DNA of 64,000 nt, from contig CAYHBD010000010.1 of assembly GCA_964354805.1 (NCBI GenBank), positions 8,420-72,419 on the forward strand. The letters are read 5' to 3'. Origin of the DNA: an uncultured archaeon (GTDB lineage Archaea > Iainarchaeota > Iainarchaeia > Iainarchaeales > GCA-2688035). The notes under the pieces are model-generated. The model made no database searches and had not been told where the DNA came from. It was given only the letters and a program-made list of their open reading frames with translations. This document shows positions 17,819 through 26,348 of the stretch, one piece after another; within the stretch, counting starts at the first letter, position 1; every line of letters begins with the position of its first letter. The translations under genes were made by a program, and so were the position numbers.

Positions 17819-19337
17819 ATTGCTCTGCCCTCTTTTTCTTCCGTTTTTTAGCCAAAACAGCCTGTTTTTCGATTGTTCCAAAATTTGTTACTCCCGATAT
17901 GCGGTGCAATTCATGCAATTCATTTTCATTTGCATGATTTGCATTAATTGCATTATTTGTATCAACTGCATGAATTGCATTAATTTCTATTTCTTCCCAT
18001 TTTGGTATTGAAAAAGTAAGAACATCTGGAAGGGGTATATAAATTGCGACATCTTTTTTGGATTCCTCAACATGGGTTTTGGTTTTTTCCAAAAAGCCAA
18101 GCTGAACCAATCGGTCAAGTGTATTTCGTAACCAGCGTTCTTCCCATCGAGAAAATCGTATATTTATGTTTTGTAGGGTTCCCCCATCTGGGAAGTATTT
18201 TATCAAAATTTCAATCAGTTCCTTTTCTTCTCTCGCAAGTGGAATCATCAAAGAATTGCTTGTTGTTTGCAATAAAGCAATTCTTGCATTTCCATAATCT
18301 TCCGGAGTAGCAAGTATTTTTCCCTGCAAATCTTTTTGTCTTTGGTGTTGGTGCAAACAGGCGCTTCCTTTAATATAATCAAGGAAGCGGGAGAAAATTG
18401 TTCGTTGAATAACCTGGCAATTCCTTGATTTTTTTATCCAGTATTCAGCTAATGCGTGGGTTATTTTTTCTGCATATGGAATAATCACTTCAATGAAATC
18501 AAGGCCGTAATAAAATCTTTTTGCCAATTCATTTTTTTCTTCTTGTTCTTGTCCTGCATCCTCACTCGCCTGTTTTAAATTTATTTGTAATGTTTGTTGT
18601 GAACTTTCATCCATGTACAAGAAAGGCAATCGCCTCAGTGCTTCATCTCCAGCTTTTACCTTTGCTGCGGTTGTGAGAAATGTTGGTTTGCCTTTAATAC
18701 TCAAATCTTTTGCTGCTCCCTCATGCACGATTGTAACTGTATTTATTTTGTTTGGGTTTGCGCTCATCAGAGTTTTGACTGATTCGGAATTTAAAATTTT
18801 GCTGTTCACATCTTCGAGATAAACAAAATAGTTATTCCAATCTCGGTTCTGATGGCGAGCCAACGCATAATCCAACGCTTTTTCGCTTACTCTTCGCCTT
18901 GCAAAAATGTTTTCCTCAGGAAAAATATTAAGCGTTTCACTTACTACAAAATCTTTTCCTGTTCCTGGGGCAGCATTAGCACAGAGGTTGCTACTTGTGC
19001 TTCTTTTATTTTTTACTTTTGCAAGACAACAAATAAGAATAATTGTTTTAATGGAATTTGTTTCGCCGACAACACTTTTTTGCACTTCGATTGTGAGGTT
19101 ATTTAAAAGTTGTGGCTGGGATAAATATGCTATTAGTTCTGGGTTGGAGTCAATTTGTATTGCCTCTTCTTTTTTTCCTTGCATTTCACGTTCCAACTCA
19201 GCGAGTTCAACAACCTCTTTTTTTACTAAAACCATTGCAATTTTGTAATCAAGCTTTACAATACTACCTTTCGGTTGTTCTCCAGTGAGTTTAGTGTAAT
19301 CTTCAAATTTCAAAATTTTGCACAGCACTTTGCTCAT
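17745..19337 (-). CDS. Replicative helicase-like AAA+ ATPase with C-terminal wHTH
   Basis: VVGE, Walker A APGTGKD, Walker B VYLED, EALRR arginine finger, ATPEDY, LDRLVQLGFL wHTH; coupled to the primase. Confidence 0.75.
   Translation of the reverse strand: MSKVLCKILKFEDYTKLTGEQPKGSIVKLDYKIAMVLVKKEVVELAELEREMQGKKEEAIQIDSNPELIAYLSQPQLLNNLTIEVQKSVVGETNSIKTIILICCLAKVKNKRSTSSNLCANAAPGTGKDFVVSETLNIFPEENIFARRRVSEKALDYALARHQNRDWNNYFVYLEDVNSKILNSESVKTLMSANPNKINTVTIVHEGAAKDLSIKGKPTFLTTAAKVKAGDEALRRLPFLYMDESSQQTLQINLKQASEDAGQEQEEKNELAKRFYYGLDFIEVIIPYAEKITHALAEYWIKKSRNCQVIQRTIFSRFLDYIKGSACLHQHQRQKDLQGKILATPEDYGNARIALLQTTSNSLMIPLAREEKELIEILIKYFPDGGTLQNINIRFSRWEERWLRNTLDRLVQLGFLEKTKTHVEESKKDVAIYIPLPDVLTFSIPKWEEIEINAIHAVDTNNAINANHANENELHELHRISGVTNFGTIEKQAVLAKKRKKKRAEQYVVGKNAQSGRPPTQNGEGVVANA
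17907..17987. repeat. Degenerate 9-bp tandem repeats inside the helicase 3' end
   Basis: tgcaattca tgcaattca .. tgcatgatt tgcattaat tgcattatt tgtatcaac tgcatgaat tgcattaat. Confidence 0.7.
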
Positions 19338-20185
19338 TTTCTCGCCTCCAGCAAACACAAATCACAAATAGAGCGCTTTCCAATCGAGCCAGCAAATTTC
19401 TGAATCTGCTTGCAATTAAATTCCGGCTTATACTGGCCCCAACACTTCAACCGAGCAACTGTTAAGTTTTCTTGTTGCTGGGTTTCAACAAGCTTTTGCA
19501 GCAAAGTTTCATTGCCTCTAAAATATGCAAAGGCGTTGGGAGAAAAGCGGCTATTCTGTTGTTTGTTGTTTAAATCAATTTTGTTGTTTAAGCCGTATTC
19601 AAAAAAAGGGCAGTGTTTTTGATTATCTATTCTCCCTGAGGGAGTCTTATACATAAATTTTTTTTCGTTCTCTTTTTTTACCGCTTCAACAATTTCCTGC
19701 GGCAAAACATTCGTTCCCTTTGCTTCTCGAATCAGTATTTTTAACCTGCCTGTTTTGCGATGTGGTGTTCCTGCAATATGCCACATCCGTTTGTTTCCAA
19801 AGTTTGCCTCATCGAAACTTTTGGAAAGTTCTTCATTCGTCAGCCATAGTGTCAGTGCTTTTTTTACCATTGGGCGAATCTCTGGCTCAATTAATTCAAG
19901 CCCCTGCCATTCCATTTCAAGATGGAAGCTTTTATTTCCGCCATCATAATATTGGTATGCAATACCTTTCATATCGAGCAGCGAGCAAACAAAATTCATG
20001 ACCTGTTTGTTTGTTTCTTTTTGTTCAAAATCTGTTTCAAGGCAAAGTTGTTCTGGCCTGATTAATTCGTAATTTGGTTCACTTTTCATTTCTTTTTTCC
20101 ATTGTTCAGGCGTTCTCCACTTGCTCCACCCATCTTTGTATTTTTTTAGGTTGCCTTCAGCAACAAGGTAAAGAAATTCACTCAT
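19334..20185 (-). CDS. AEP primase(-polymerase) with Cys-rich C-terminal domain
   Basis: LETDFE (motif I), GNKSFH (motif II), GTPHRKTG; C-terminal HCPFF..FNCKQIQ..ICDLC. Confidence 0.75.
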   Translation of the reverse strand: MSEFLYLVAEGNLKKYKDGWSKWRTPEQWKKEMKSEPNYELIRPEQLCLETDFEQKETNKQVMNFVCSLLDMKGIAYQYYDGGNKSFHLEMEWQGLELIEPEIRPMVKKALTLWLTNEELSKSFDEANFGNKRMWHIAGTPHRKTGRLKILIREAKGTNVLPQEIVEAVKKENEKKFMYKTPSGRIDNQKHCPFFEYGLNNKIDLNNKQQNSRFSPNAFAYFRGNETLLQKLVETQQQENLTVARLKCWGQYKPEFNCKQIQKFAGSIGKRSICDLCLLEARK

Positions 20186-20282
20186 CAAAATTCCCCCGGC
20201 AAACTTCGCATTCCCCGCATAATTCGGGCATAAAAAGGCAAAAGCGAGGACACCAAATAGCACGAAAAATTTTAAGGCTCAT
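20178..20282 (-). CDS. 34-aa Cys-rich peptide (element)
   Basis: MSLKIFRAIWCPRFCLFMPELCGECEVCRGNFDE; overlaps both neighbours; GGAGG RBS. Confidence 0.45.
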   Translation of the reverse strand: MSLKIFRAIWCPRFCLFMPELCGECEVCRGNFDE

Positions 20283-20454
20283 GTCTGCTTCCTCCATTTT
20301 TGTTTTCAATCGCAGACAGCCTGCTGGCTACATCCATTAACCTTTCTTCAGCCTGTCGCAGCCTGGAGTTTAAGGCTTCAATTTCTTCCTGCTGTCGTTC
20401 AAAAGAGCGGGCAGGGTGGCTGGTGCAAAAGCCTGTGTTGAGGCTGCTACGCAT
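20272..20454 (-). CDS. Small coiled-coil protein (element)
   Basis: Heptad pattern IEALNSRLRQAEERLMDVASRL. Confidence 0.5.
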   Translation of the reverse strand: MRSSLNTGFCTSHPARSFERQQEEIEALNSRLRQAEERLMDVASRLSAIENKNGGSRHEP

Positions 20455-20635
20455 GAGGCAACACCTCAACTTTTTGAATCAGGGAAAAAGCAAAAACTTG
20501 GGGCAATCCAAACTTATCAATCATGCCGAGCTTATCATCCGTAACAGAAATTATTTTGCCTGAATACACCCTCTGTTGTCCGCAATCAAAAACAACAACC
20601 TTGCAAAATTTTCCAAGAAAAAGTTTCCAATCCAT
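20447..20635 (-). CDS. Small Sm/SH3-like beta-barrel protein (element)
   Basis: GAGGA RBS; LFLGKFCKVV..RVYSGKIISV..DKFG..FSLIQKVEV. Confidence 0.6.
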   Translation of the reverse strand: MDWKLFLGKFCKVVVFDCGQQRVYSGKIISVTDDKLGMIDKFGLPQVFAFSLIQKVEVLPHA

Positions 20636-20697
20636 TTCCTCACCTTTTTTATTTTTTTTCTCGCCTTCGCAGCTCGGCGCAAACCGCTTGAAAAAAT

Positions 20698-20835
20698 TCA
20701 TTCGGCATTTTTTTCAGCCTCCAGCGCAGAATGGAGCAGATGCAGCAGCAAGGCCGTGCGTGTGTTGAATTGTTGTTTTTTTGCGTCAATGCGCCCAAGT
20801 AATTCAGCTGGGCAGTTGAATTGAACCAAAGGCAT
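20698..20835 (-). CDS. Ribbon-helix-helix protein (45 aa)
   Basis: Not in ORF track; AGGTGA RBS; MPLVQFNCPAELLGRIDAKKQQFNTRTALLLHLL. Confidence 0.65.
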   Translation of the reverse strand: MPLVQFNCPAELLGRIDAKKQQFNTRTALLLHLLHSALEAEKNAE

Positions 20836-20995
20836 TATTTTGTCACCTGAATGTAATGGTGCGGTTGGAATTTATAAATGTTTTTCTTTTTTTTACTACT
20901 TTTTTTTGTGGTAGGTATTGCTTTTTCTACTACTAAAATAAGGTTTTAATGGGAAAGCCATAGTTTTATAAAGAGAAACCCCTATTATTTGTAGT

Positions 20996-21982
20996 ATGCC
21001 TACTACTGAAAGAAAAGAGCTGGAAGACCTTGCAAATTGCTTGGGAACACCAAAAACAAGCAGGGTTTTGCAGTTAATTGAGCTTTCAAACAATGGGCTG
21101 CTGATGCAAGACCTCTTTTCCCTGCTTAACGCACCAAAAGACAAGGGCACCCAGGATGCTTTAAAATTGCTGCAAGAAAGTGGTCTTATTGAAAAGCGAA
21201 AAGGCACAAACGTAAAAACAATCAGGGCAACATGGCAGCAAGAGCGCAACAAACTGCCTGCGCTGATCGAAATAAATATTGATGCAGGCCTGCGTTTTGG
21301 CTCGAGGTTTTTTTGCAAGCAAAACCCGGTTGCGCTTTTCTTTGAAAAAATAATAAACAAAAATGGGTTGAGCAAAGAACAGCAAGCGCTTTCTCCTTGC
21401 CTTGATGCAATTGGAAAAGAGATTGCGGCGAGATGGGAATGGCAAAAGCTGGCTGTTGATTTTAACACAGAACTACTGCCTGCTTTTGCTCAAAACTTTG
21501 AAAGCATTGGCAAAGAATTGGGAAATGCGTCTTTAAACAAAATATTAATAGCTAAAAAGGGCGCTGCAGAAGGTTTGGAAATGCTTAATCAAAAAACGAT
21601 TGAGGTAATGGAAGAAATGAAGAAGGAAAAAAAAGCAGGCCGTTTGGCTTTTGTTGCAAGCCTGAAAGAAGAAAAAACGCTTTCCACACATTTGGATTAT
21701 GTTTCACATATGCTGCAGCGCTTGCTTGTTGAAGAATTTATTCAGCACTACACCCGCTTTTATGAGTATGTTGCAAAAGAGCAAGCGCCGGCAATTGATT
21801 TGGATAAAATAAATTTTATTGTTTCCCTGCTGCAAGAGGTTGAATCACGCCTTTCAAAAAACGCCCTTGTTTTTGAGATTGTTTCCCGCTTGCAAAACTT
21901 CAACAACCTTTTAAGCGTTGCAATGGAGCAAAGGAAAACAATGGTGCTTTTGGAAAATAAGAAAGTGGCAGAAGGCAATTAG
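20996..21982 (+). CDS. Winged-helix regulator with long helical C-terminus
   Basis: LANCLGTPKTSRVLQLI..TQDALKLLQESGLIEKR; divergent from the main element operon. Confidence 0.65.
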   Translation: MPTTERKELEDLANCLGTPKTSRVLQLIELSNNGLLMQDLFSLLNAPKDKGTQDALKLLQESGLIEKRKGTNVKTIRATWQQERNKLPALIEINIDAGLRFGSRFFCKQNPVALFFEKIINKNGLSKEQQALSPCLDAIGKEIAARWEWQKLAVDFNTELLPAFAQNFESIGKELGNASLNKILIAKKGAAEGLEMLNQKTIEVMEEMKKEKKAGRLAFVASLKEEKTLSTHLDYVSHMLQRLLVEEFIQHYTRFYEYVAKEQAPAIDLDKINFIVSLLQEVESRLSKNALVFEIVSRLQNFNNLLSVAMEQRKTMVLLENKKVAEGN

Positions 21983-23280
21983 CCGTTTTCTGCCAGTATT
22001 TTTTTATTCATCCCCGTTTTCTGCGCCATTTTTACCATGAATCCCAAAACTTCTTTTTGCATTGCCGGGTTTTTGAATGCCAATTGCATTGTTTCAATCA
22101 GCAGGTTGTTTTCTTTGCTTTCTTTTGCCAGCACGTTGTCCAATCCGAGTGTTGCTCCGCATTGCTCGCAAAATCCATTGCTTTCTGTGCTGCTGCAAAT
22201 CGGGCATTCTTTTGGCATCATGCAATTGCCTGCGTTCAGTTCAAAGTATGGCTTCTCAAAGTCCACCGGCTTTATATGCGTATAATTCAGGCTAATCCTT
22301 TTGCTTTTGCTCCACCCAAACCAAGCATACTTTATATCCTCGCCCCAGCCGCTGCATCTGCTGGCCATCATGTGCCTGAAAACGCTGGTTGCCTTTCTTT
22401 CAGGCAATTCAACGCCGCCTGCTGCAAAGGCTCGCAGAACCAGCTGTCGTGCAGCAACATAGCTTAGCCTGTTGCCAAAGCGGTCAGGGAACAATGGTGC
22501 TTCTTGGTTATCGTGTTGGTAATTCTGCAGCCATTTTGTAATGTATGGCTTGCAGAGATAGCCGATAACCGTTCTCGGTTTGGTTTTTGAAACAGGAAAG
22601 TGCAGCAGCAGATAGTTTTTTCCCTCTGCCTGCTTTATGTCGCTTACGTTCATGCCAACTGCTTCGGTTATTCGGCATCCAGCATCATTCATAATTGAAA
22701 GCAGTGCCTGGTTGCGGAAATAGAGCGGGCTGTTTGCCCTGACCAGCTTTGATGCCCTTATTGTTTGCCCTTCTCTTTGTGCCTTGCTTACCAATGCGTG
22801 TTTTTCTATTATGCCCTTAATCTGTTCCTGTGTGGGCAGTTCAATTAAATCTTCTACATCAGGCCGCTTGGGCATCTCAATGTTGTCAATTGCCTCAGGG
22901 TATTTGCCCTTTTTCATGTTGAAATGGTATCGCAAAAACTTTTTTGTCAGCCAAAAGTATTTCTCTACGCTGCCCCAGCTTAATGAACCTTTATCCATTC
23001 TGTCAAGCATGGAATTGAACCAAGCTTCGTTATCTGCTGCTGTTATGGCTTCAACGTTTTGCTTGTTGTGCCACAGCAGGTAATGATAGCTCACATCCAA
23101 GTCTTTGCATTGGGTGTTAATTCTTGCACCCTTGTCTTTTGCGTTGTATCTCACAAGAGCTTGCTTGCATTCTTCGCTCAATTCGCTGTCCTGAATTTTT
23201 TGCAGCAGGCCTGCTGTTTCTTTTCGCCTATTATGAATATCAATCTCTTCTTTACCATTTGAATTAGGCTTCGCAGCCAT
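21979..23280 (-). CDS. Tyrosine recombinase/integrase with C-terminal Zn ribbon
   Basis: AGCRITE (R), SKT (K), FRH, FGWS..NY (Y); CPIC..FCEQCG; adjacent to the tRNA. Confidence 0.92.
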   Translation of the reverse strand: MAAKPNSNGKEEIDIHNRRKETAGLLQKIQDSELSEECKQALVRYNAKDKGARINTQCKDLDVSYHYLLWHNKQNVEAITAADNEAWFNSMLDRMDKGSLSWGSVEKYFWLTKKFLRYHFNMKKGKYPEAIDNIEMPKRPDVEDLIELPTQEQIKGIIEKHALVSKAQREGQTIRASKLVRANSPLYFRNQALLSIMNDAGCRITEAVGMNVSDIKQAEGKNYLLLHFPVSKTKPRTVIGYLCKPYITKWLQNYQHDNQEAPLFPDRFGNRLSYVAARQLVLRAFAAGGVELPERKATSVFRHMMASRCSGWGEDIKYAWFGWSKSKRISLNYTHIKPVDFEKPYFELNAGNCMMPKECPICSSTESNGFCEQCGATLGLDNVLAKESKENNLLIETMQLAFKNPAMQKEVLGFMVKMAQKTGMNKKILAENG

Positions 23281-23361
23281 TCGCAATCACCTCACTTTAG
23301 GGCTGCATTACTACACCGCAACCCTTAAAAAAGGCAACTGCGAATGAACTGCGAACACTGA

Positions 23362-23577
23362 CGCAGGGGCTGGGATTTGAACCCAGGCTCCCTTTCGAGA
23401 ACGAGCTCGCCGCAATTTTCGCTTGAAAAAGAAACCAATTTTCTTTTACTGAATCTTTTCTTTTTCAAAAAGAAAAGGCTTGTTTTGCAAAGCAAAACCC
23501 CTTTTCCCCAGGCTTTTTTGCGGAAGCAAAAAAGGCTGTTAGCAGGCTCGCGCGTTAAACCACTCCGCCACCCCTGC
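23362..23577 (-). tRNA. tRNA-Ser(GCT) with 132-nt intron at 37/38 (23408-23539)
   Basis: Acceptor GCAGGGG/CCCCTGC+G; CGAGC-CTGCTA|A-GCTCG; long variable arm; GGTTCAAATCC. Confidence 0.92.
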
Positions 23578-23634
23578 AGCTAGAAAATATTAACGGTGAA
23601 AACAATTAAAATTCATCGGTTGCAAAGTTTCTTT

Positions 23635-24027
23635 ATGCCTAGAGTGCTAAGGGGAAAGAAAGCACGGGCGCCCAGAGTGCCTGCTAAAAAAATGGCAGCC
23701 AGGCGTTCAAGGTTTAAGGATGCAGTCAGCGGGATTTGCAATTCTCTGGAATATTCTGTTCCCTGGATTGGTTATGCAAGCCAGGTTGGAAAGCGCCCTG
23801 AAACGCTGGGGAAGGCCCTTGCGCTTGTTGGCAAAAACCGAGGGCAGGCATTTAAAATATTTTACAGGCTTGCTTTAAGAGGCGGAAACAGCAAGGCTTT
23901 TGCGAGAAGGCTTGCAAATTATTTTGTGAAGAAAGAATTTGACCCATACTCAAACCAGGCAAAAGAGTTAAATCTTTGGTTTCGCAGGGAAGCAAAAAAT
24001 ATAAAAAGGCGAAAGGGTTATATTTAA
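23635..24027 (+). CDS. Basic orphan protein
   Basis: MPRVLRGKKARAPRVPAKK leader. Confidence 0.6.
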   Translation: MPRVLRGKKARAPRVPAKKMAARRSRFKDAVSGICNSLEYSVPWIGYASQVGKRPETLGKALALVGKNRGQAFKIFYRLALRGGNSKAFARRLANYFVKKEFDPYSNQAKELNLWFRREAKNIKRRKGYI

Positions 24028-24031
24028 GTGA

Positions 24032-24316
24032 ATGAGCGAATTTTTGTTTCTGGATGTTGTTGCAGTCATAGCCGGTGTGGCGGCGATTCACTTTGTTTTG
24101 AAAGCACAGAAGCACTTTGGATTGCTAGTCCAGCCTGCTTTCCAGCTGCTTACAACAGTAATCGGCCTGCTGATGGCGACAATTGTTGCGAAATACTTCG
24201 TTGAAAAAGAGGGCGCGCTGAGCGCGTTGAACAACGCTGTAATAATCGGAATGCTGCTGGCGATCTGCATGGCAATGTGGATATTTAACCAAAAAATGCC
24301 GAGAATAAAAAAGTGA
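24032..24316 (+). CDS. Small 3-TM membrane protein
   Basis: Hydrophobic segments. Confidence 0.65.
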   Translation: MSEFLFLDVVAVIAGVAAIHFVLKAQKHFGLLVQPAFQLLTTVIGLLMATIVAKYFVEKEGALSALNNAVIIGMLLAICMAMWIFNQKMPRIKK

Positions 24317-24387
24317 AAAACGGCTTTTTCTCCATCTGCTTTTTTTGTTTTTAAAAGGTTTAGGGAAAGTTTAACTGAACGCCATTA

Positions 24388-24546
24388 CGCCCGAGGAAGG
24401 ACTTGAACCTTCGACCATCCGATTTCCGCATGGCCTTCCAAGGAAGGTATCCACCGTTAAAACACGATTTAACAGTCGGATGCTCTACCTGTTGCCCCAG
24501 AAGAAACTGTTTTTTCACAGCTTGCTTCTGTCTGAGCTACTCGGGC
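24388..24546 (-). tRNA. tRNA-Asn(GTT) with two introns: 40 nt at 15/16 (24492-24531) and 46 nt at 37/38 (24424-24469)
   Basis: GCCCGAG/CTCGGGC+G; removing both inserts gives D arm GCTC-AGCAGGTA-GAGC and TCCGA-CTGTTAA-TCGGA; BHB-like motifs at both. Confidence 0.9.
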
Positions 24547-25117
24547 ATGGATTAATAATATGATAAAGAGAACTGGATTTAAATAAAAAGCTTGCTGAAT
24601 TGGCGTTTTGCAAAAAAATTGGATTATTGCACACTGCTTTTGATTGCAGGCGATGCAATAAAAACAGCGAGAAAAAAAGCGCTTTAACCCGCTTATACGT
24701 GCAAAGAAGCGAAATTAACACTTTTTTCAGAAAATAGGGCTTTGTTAATTGCTTAATGCAATGCAGGCCCTGTTTTGTTATGGCTGTTTTTAAATACCAA
24801 TGCAAAATGCATTATACATAATTCGGGGGGCGTTATTCTTGCTTTGTTTCAGAAAAAGAAGAAAATCCTGCTTTTATACATAAAAGGGAACCTATATTAA
24901 GCACTTTGGGTATAATATTAGCGCAGTTTTTCAAAGTGTTGCATTAGGGAATAAAAAAATTTCATTTGCAATATTTTGATCAAAGTGCTGCAGAGGGGTG
25001 TAATTTTATTATCTTTCGCAGCGCTTTGTCACAATGCCAAGCAGCGAAAACAAAAAACAAATGTTCTTTAGCTTGACATTGTGTTGCTGTTAAAATTTTT
25101 TTGAAAGGGGTGGTAAG

Positions 25118-26197
25118 TTGAAGAGTCTGATTGAAAATGCAATGGACAAGTCCACTGGAAAAGTGGATGAGGATAAAATCGAGGAATTTGGAACTCCAAA
25201 GATAATGGTTGTTGGAGTCGGCGGAGCAGGCTGCAACGCGGTTAACAGGCTTGCAAACATGGGAATTTCAGGCGCACAGCTGGTCGGAGTGAACACTGAC
25301 AAGCAGCACCTTGCATTGATCAACGACGAGTTGACAAAAATCCTGATCGGAAAAAGCGTTACAAGGGGCCTGGGTGCAGGTGGCTATCCGGAGATTGGGG
25401 CAAAGGCAGCAGAGGTCAGCAGGAATTCATTGGAGGAAGTGCTGAGCGATGTTGACATGCTTTTTATTTCAGCCGGAATGGGCGGAGGCACTGGAACAGG
25501 AGCAGCTCCAATAATTGCGGAGATTGCAAAAGAGCAGGGCGCAATCGTTATTGGAATTGTGACATACCCGTTCGCTCTGGAAAAAGCAAGATTGATCAAA
25601 GCAGAAGATGGAATCGAGGCACTGAGGCAGGTTACTGACACAGTGGTTGTAATAGACAACAACAGGCTGGTTGAACTGGTTCCAAATCTGCCAATCCAGG
25701 ACGCATTCAAGGTTGCGGATGAAGTCACAGCAAGAACAGTCAGGGGAATAACTGAAACAATCACGCAGCCAAGCCTGATTAACCTGGACTTTGCTGATGT
25801 AAGGGCAGTAATGTGCAACAAGGGCCTGAGCGTTATCGCTGTCGGGGAAAGCAAGAGCGTTGACAGGGTGAACGAGGTAGTTGAAGACACTTTGAAGAAC
25901 GCTTTGCTTGATGTCGACATTGGCGGTGCAACAGGCGCAATGATCCACATTACAGGCGGACCAGACCTGACTCTTGGAGAAGCAAACGCTGTAGGGGAAA
26001 TGCTGACCGACAGGATTGACCCGAAAGCACAGGTAATCTGGGGCGCAAGGGTTGACCCAACATTCGAGAACAAGATAGAGGTAATAACAATCTTCACAGG
26101 AGTCACCTCCCCATACATTAAAGGGCCAAATCCAATCCCGAGCTCGAGCTATACACCGGCATCAAAAAGCGATTTGGGAATAGATTATTTAAGATAA
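25118..26197 (+). CDS. ftsZ: Cell division protein FtsZ
   Basis: GVGGAGCNA, GMGGGTGTGAAP, INLDFADV. Confidence 0.97.
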   Translation: MKSLIENAMDKSTGKVDEDKIEEFGTPKIMVVGVGGAGCNAVNRLANMGISGAQLVGVNTDKQHLALINDELTKILIGKSVTRGLGAGGYPEIGAKAAEVSRNSLEEVLSDVDMLFISAGMGGGTGTGAAPIIAEIAKEQGAIVIGIVTYPFALEKARLIKAEDGIEALRQVTDTVVVIDNNRLVELVPNLPIQDAFKVADEVTARTVRGITETITQPSLINLDFADVRAVMCNKGLSVIAVGESKSVDRVNEVVEDTLKNALLDVDIGGATGAMIHITGGPDLTLGEANAVGEMLTDRIDPKAQVIWGARVDPTFENKIEVITIFTGVTSPYIKGPNPIPSSSYTPASKSDLGIDYLR

Positions 26198-26256
26198 GCC
26201 TTTTTTGCTTCCGCAAAAAAGCCTTGGGAAAAAGGCCTTTGGGAAAACAAAAAAGC
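26196..26256 (+). repeat. Palindromic module matching the tRNA-Ser intron
   Basis: agccttttttgcttccgcaaaaaagcct is identical to the 5' part of the Ser intron (sense strand). Confidence 0.85.
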
Positions 26257-26348
26257 AGGGGGCAGAAAAATTACCCCTTTCTTTTTTCTTTTTTTTATTT
26301 AAATTTTAATTTCTGTTTCTTTAATTTTTGCAAGTTCAGTTCATTAAT

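Larger units (their letters stand above)
12480..23372. mobile_element. Integrated virus/plasmid-like element (~10.9 kb) in tRNA-Ser(GCT)
   Basis: Direct repeat cgcaggggctg at 12480-12490 and 23362-23372 (tRNA 3' end); tyrosine integrase next to the tRNA; dense co-directional ORFs with primase, helicase and ATPase. Confidence 0.9.

Noticed and set aside
25384-26118. Long antisense ORFs (also opposite guaB, copA, thiC and fen)
   Set aside because: Shadows of well-supported genes on the other strand
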